Source: Oculina patagonica (lineage: Eukaryota). Taken from it: a stretch of DNA of 64,000 bases. Position numbers and translations under genes: made by a program. Under the pieces are notes generated by a model, which saw only the letters and a program-made list of their open reading frames with translations, had not been told where the DNA came from and ran no database searches. The DNA is taken from assembly GCF_052425735.1 (NCBI RefSeq), contig NC_135759.1:43834001-43898000 (forward strand), in the 5' to 3' direction. Below are positions 61,575 through 64,000 of the stretch, piece by piece; positions within the stretch are counted from its first letter, which is position 1, and every line of letters starts with the position of its first letter.

Positions 61575-63666
61575 GTTATTATTATTATTTTTATTTATTT
61601 TTCTCCAGGTCCAAAGGTTTTTCAGTCGCAGGACTGTAATTATGTGCAACCCTCGTTAAAAAAGTCGATTTATTTATGCATTGGTTCCACGTATATATTC
61701 ATATTCATTCTTGAACTAGCTATCCGTGCATTAAATTGTTGTCTGCATATTCAAACCTTCCTTTTTATTATTTTGTCATTGTAAGACGTTATTTTTACAT
61801 TTACCTGGTTATTATCCCTCATATTAAGATACCTGACATAACTGGACAGTTTGGAACTCCAGTCGCCGTTGTTATCCTTTCCATTGCTTGGTCACCTAAG
61901 TTCAGGAAACTCCAAATACAAAGCAAACAACAAGAAACTAGGCACTGTGATGATAAGGTTATGACGAAAAGTTCTGTTTCAGGCTTTTCTGTTCATAACA
62001 ATGAACCAAAGCAAGGAGTTGCTCAAGGACCTCCTGTGAAAATAAGAACAGCTCGAGGTAAAGCAGCTATTATTTCTTCTTTATGGAAACTCATACTTAC
62101 GCCTTTAGTTGCACTCACGTTCTCCAGGGCCTATAGTATCGTTGAGCTGGACAACATTTCTACCGGTTTAAAAGCCATTACGCCATCAAATCCTTCATTC
62201 GTGTATTTCATGCTCCATGTTTTTGCCAGCTTCTTTGGCTACCATTTTGGTTGGCTCGCCTGCTCACTTTGCATGCAGCGGGTTGGATACGCTCTACCAT
62301 TGACGCTAGCAACACCGACCGCTATTTTTATGACGCACGTCACAGGAATATGTGAGACAGATGCCATTCCGTTACCCTGTAATTCCCAAGACCAAGCTTA
62401 TACTCTCTTAGCGGGCGCACTTTTGTGGCTGTCACAGTTCTTGGCGACCACATATTACGTATGGAAAAGTCAAGGACGGATTATGGCAAAAGCGCACGAT
62501 CTACTTTGGATTCCATCTTACAATGGTAAGTCCTGTGGAGTACATTTTCTTTCGTTTTCTGAAGGAACCTAGAAATTTATCGCTGAAAAAGCACAGTGAA
62601 TCAGCAATAATAGCCCTTCTGTAACCATTTCCCCTTCCTATTGTTTACAACTTTCACCATTTCTACCCTGTTTCTCTATACATTTACGGTATTCGAATAG
62701 CAGTTCGTTCTACTTTTTTCCAAATTATTACTTCCAAACCAAATACAATCACATGAAAAGTACGTAGTTGTTATTTATTTTGACTATCTATTTAGAATAT
62801 AATTTATACTTGAAATGAAATAGGACAAGCGTCATAGACTTTCCCATTCTGGTCTGCAGTTAGTTGTGGAGTTTTTTCCTCTGGTCTGAATTGAAATTGG
62901 CCAAGGAAACCACGATAGCGTATTGCAGTGAGCGTATTTATGAATGTCTTTTCATTTTGCCAACAAAAACAGAAAACTTTCCCCATTTTTGTTTGGATAC
63001 TTTAAACGTAAAACATTTTCCACTCCTATTCAAAGTACTGGGCCTGGTTTGGGCTTCTGCCAGTCCAGAGCCATTCCGCATAACTTATCTATATCGCATG
63101 AATAATAATACAGAGGACAGAATATTGCACCATCTTAAGGCAGGCCTGGCGAACTAATTTAGTGATAAATTTAAAAAGTGCGACAATCTAATACTTTTTG
63201 TTCTAATCAAAACAGCTATATTTAAAATTGAAGTTTCTATTGTGAACTGTGTTTCTTTTTAGGTGTCTGCCTTGAGCAGTATCTTTTATTGAACAGACGC
63301 AACCAGGCTTCCGATGAGGAGCACGCCACACAACAACGTACTTCACGTGACATCAATGTCTTCATCTGCACGACAATGTATCACGAAGAAGATTACGAAA
63401 TGGAACAACTTCTTCAGTCAATTCATGACGTTGACATCAATAGGGAAAAATCAGGCTACCATTTTGAGTCACATGTGTTTTTTGATGGATGTGTCAGGGC
63501 AGACGTACTTAACAATTATGTGCTGCAGTTGGCTTCGCTGGTGGAAAAGACATTAAATGTGCACTTAAGTGAATGCACCAAAATGAAGACCCCGTATGGC
63601 ATGCAGCTTAAATGGAGACTTCCGGGTGGAATGGACTTCACAATCCACTTAAAAGACAATGCGAAG
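56963..63666 (+). CDS. Chitin synthase (metazoan type), 5' part; continues beyond the window; apparent frameshift at the exon 1/2 junction
   Basis: Exons 56963-57394, 59970-60214, 61829-62525, 63263-63666. Multi-TM N-terminus (ACSLCMQRVGYALPLTLATP), then PSYNGVCLEQYLLLNRR, FICTTMYHEEDYEMEQLLQSI, FESHVFFD, KTPYGMQLKWRLP, IHLKDNAK, which mark the start of the GT2 catalytic domain of animal CHS. Confidence 0.88.
57540..57802. repeat. 131-bp direct tandem duplication
   Basis: aatgctgtgtaaactaatagagtggacgctg...gatcacgaca at 57540 and 57671. Confidence 0.9.
58570..58930 (+). mobile_element. CR1/L2-type LINE RT fragment
   Basis: VKYLGILIDKKQNWKAYID...KISKTIGIIARLRH...IYQSLIYPY...WG...IQKRAL. Confidence 0.8.
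59516..59854. mobile_element. Tc1/mariner (pogo-like) MITE
   Basis: TIR cagtggaaccccgatataacga / tcgttatatcggggttccactg; TA TSD. Confidence 0.9.
60351..60465 (+). mobile_element. tRNA-derived SINE head
   Basis: ggggagcagggatagcgcagtggtgaga (A box) ... gagttcaattc (B box) ... gggttgagtttgttgttggttctcg. Confidence 0.7.
60519..61355. mobile_element. TTAA-flanked non-autonomous transposon (Kolobok-like)
   Basis: TIR ggtggct.aatacagttt / aaactgtattaagccacc; TTAA TSD. Confidence 0.85.
61520..61588. repeat. (ATT)n microsatellite
   Basis: About 22 ATT units. Confidence 0.95.
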
Positions 63667-64000
63667 GTGATTATTAGATCACAATAATTATATTTCTGTC
63701 TACTTATTTTTTAAAACTTCTAGATTTTCGTTTTTATTTGAAGTTTTGCATTTTTACTATTTCTTGTACCTGTAATAAGCAAGAAGGAAATGGAAAGTAT
63801 AAAGGCATTCACGAATTCTGTTACGCTTTAATTGAACGAATGACTTAAATTCTAATACAATTATAACACTCGCTGTAGGATTTACTCGCAGTGAATCACG
63901 CAAATTCACGTTTAAGCTCCAATCCAAGTACAGTTGAACCTCTCCGTAAGGGCGGAGTGCAAAGAAATAACCACCGATCTGAAGCGTCAAAAATGTGCAA

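Noticed and set aside
61375-61784. Poly-Leu / poly-Ile ORFs
   Set aside because: Translations of the (ATT)n microsatellite in a CHS intron.

Overview
AT-rich, intron-rich animal genomic DNA; the repeat families and gene set look cnidarian, probably a stony coral (inference). From left to right: (1) a 5'-complete L1/Tx1-like LINE lying antisense in an intron; (2) the last 17 coding exons of the AP-4 adaptor epsilon subunit gene (AP4E1, +), including a U12 minor-spliceosome intron with rare AT-AA ends; (3) four tandem secreted fibrinogen-related-domain (FReD) lectin genes (-) in two architectures: signal peptide + short Cys neck + FReD (x2), and signal peptide + PAN/apple + EGF-like micro-exon + FReD (x2); (4) the 5' part of a chitin synthase (+), head-to-head with the last FReD gene and with an apparent 1-nt frameshift. 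Introns and intergenic DNA hold many MITEs, SINEs and LINE fragments, four hammerhead ribozyme motifs in Penelope/retrozyme-like inserts, a non-autonomous split-direct-repeat (Ngaro/DIRS-like) element, and two relic copies of the AP4E1 last exon. All coordinates and exon boundaries were read by hand; no database searches were run.
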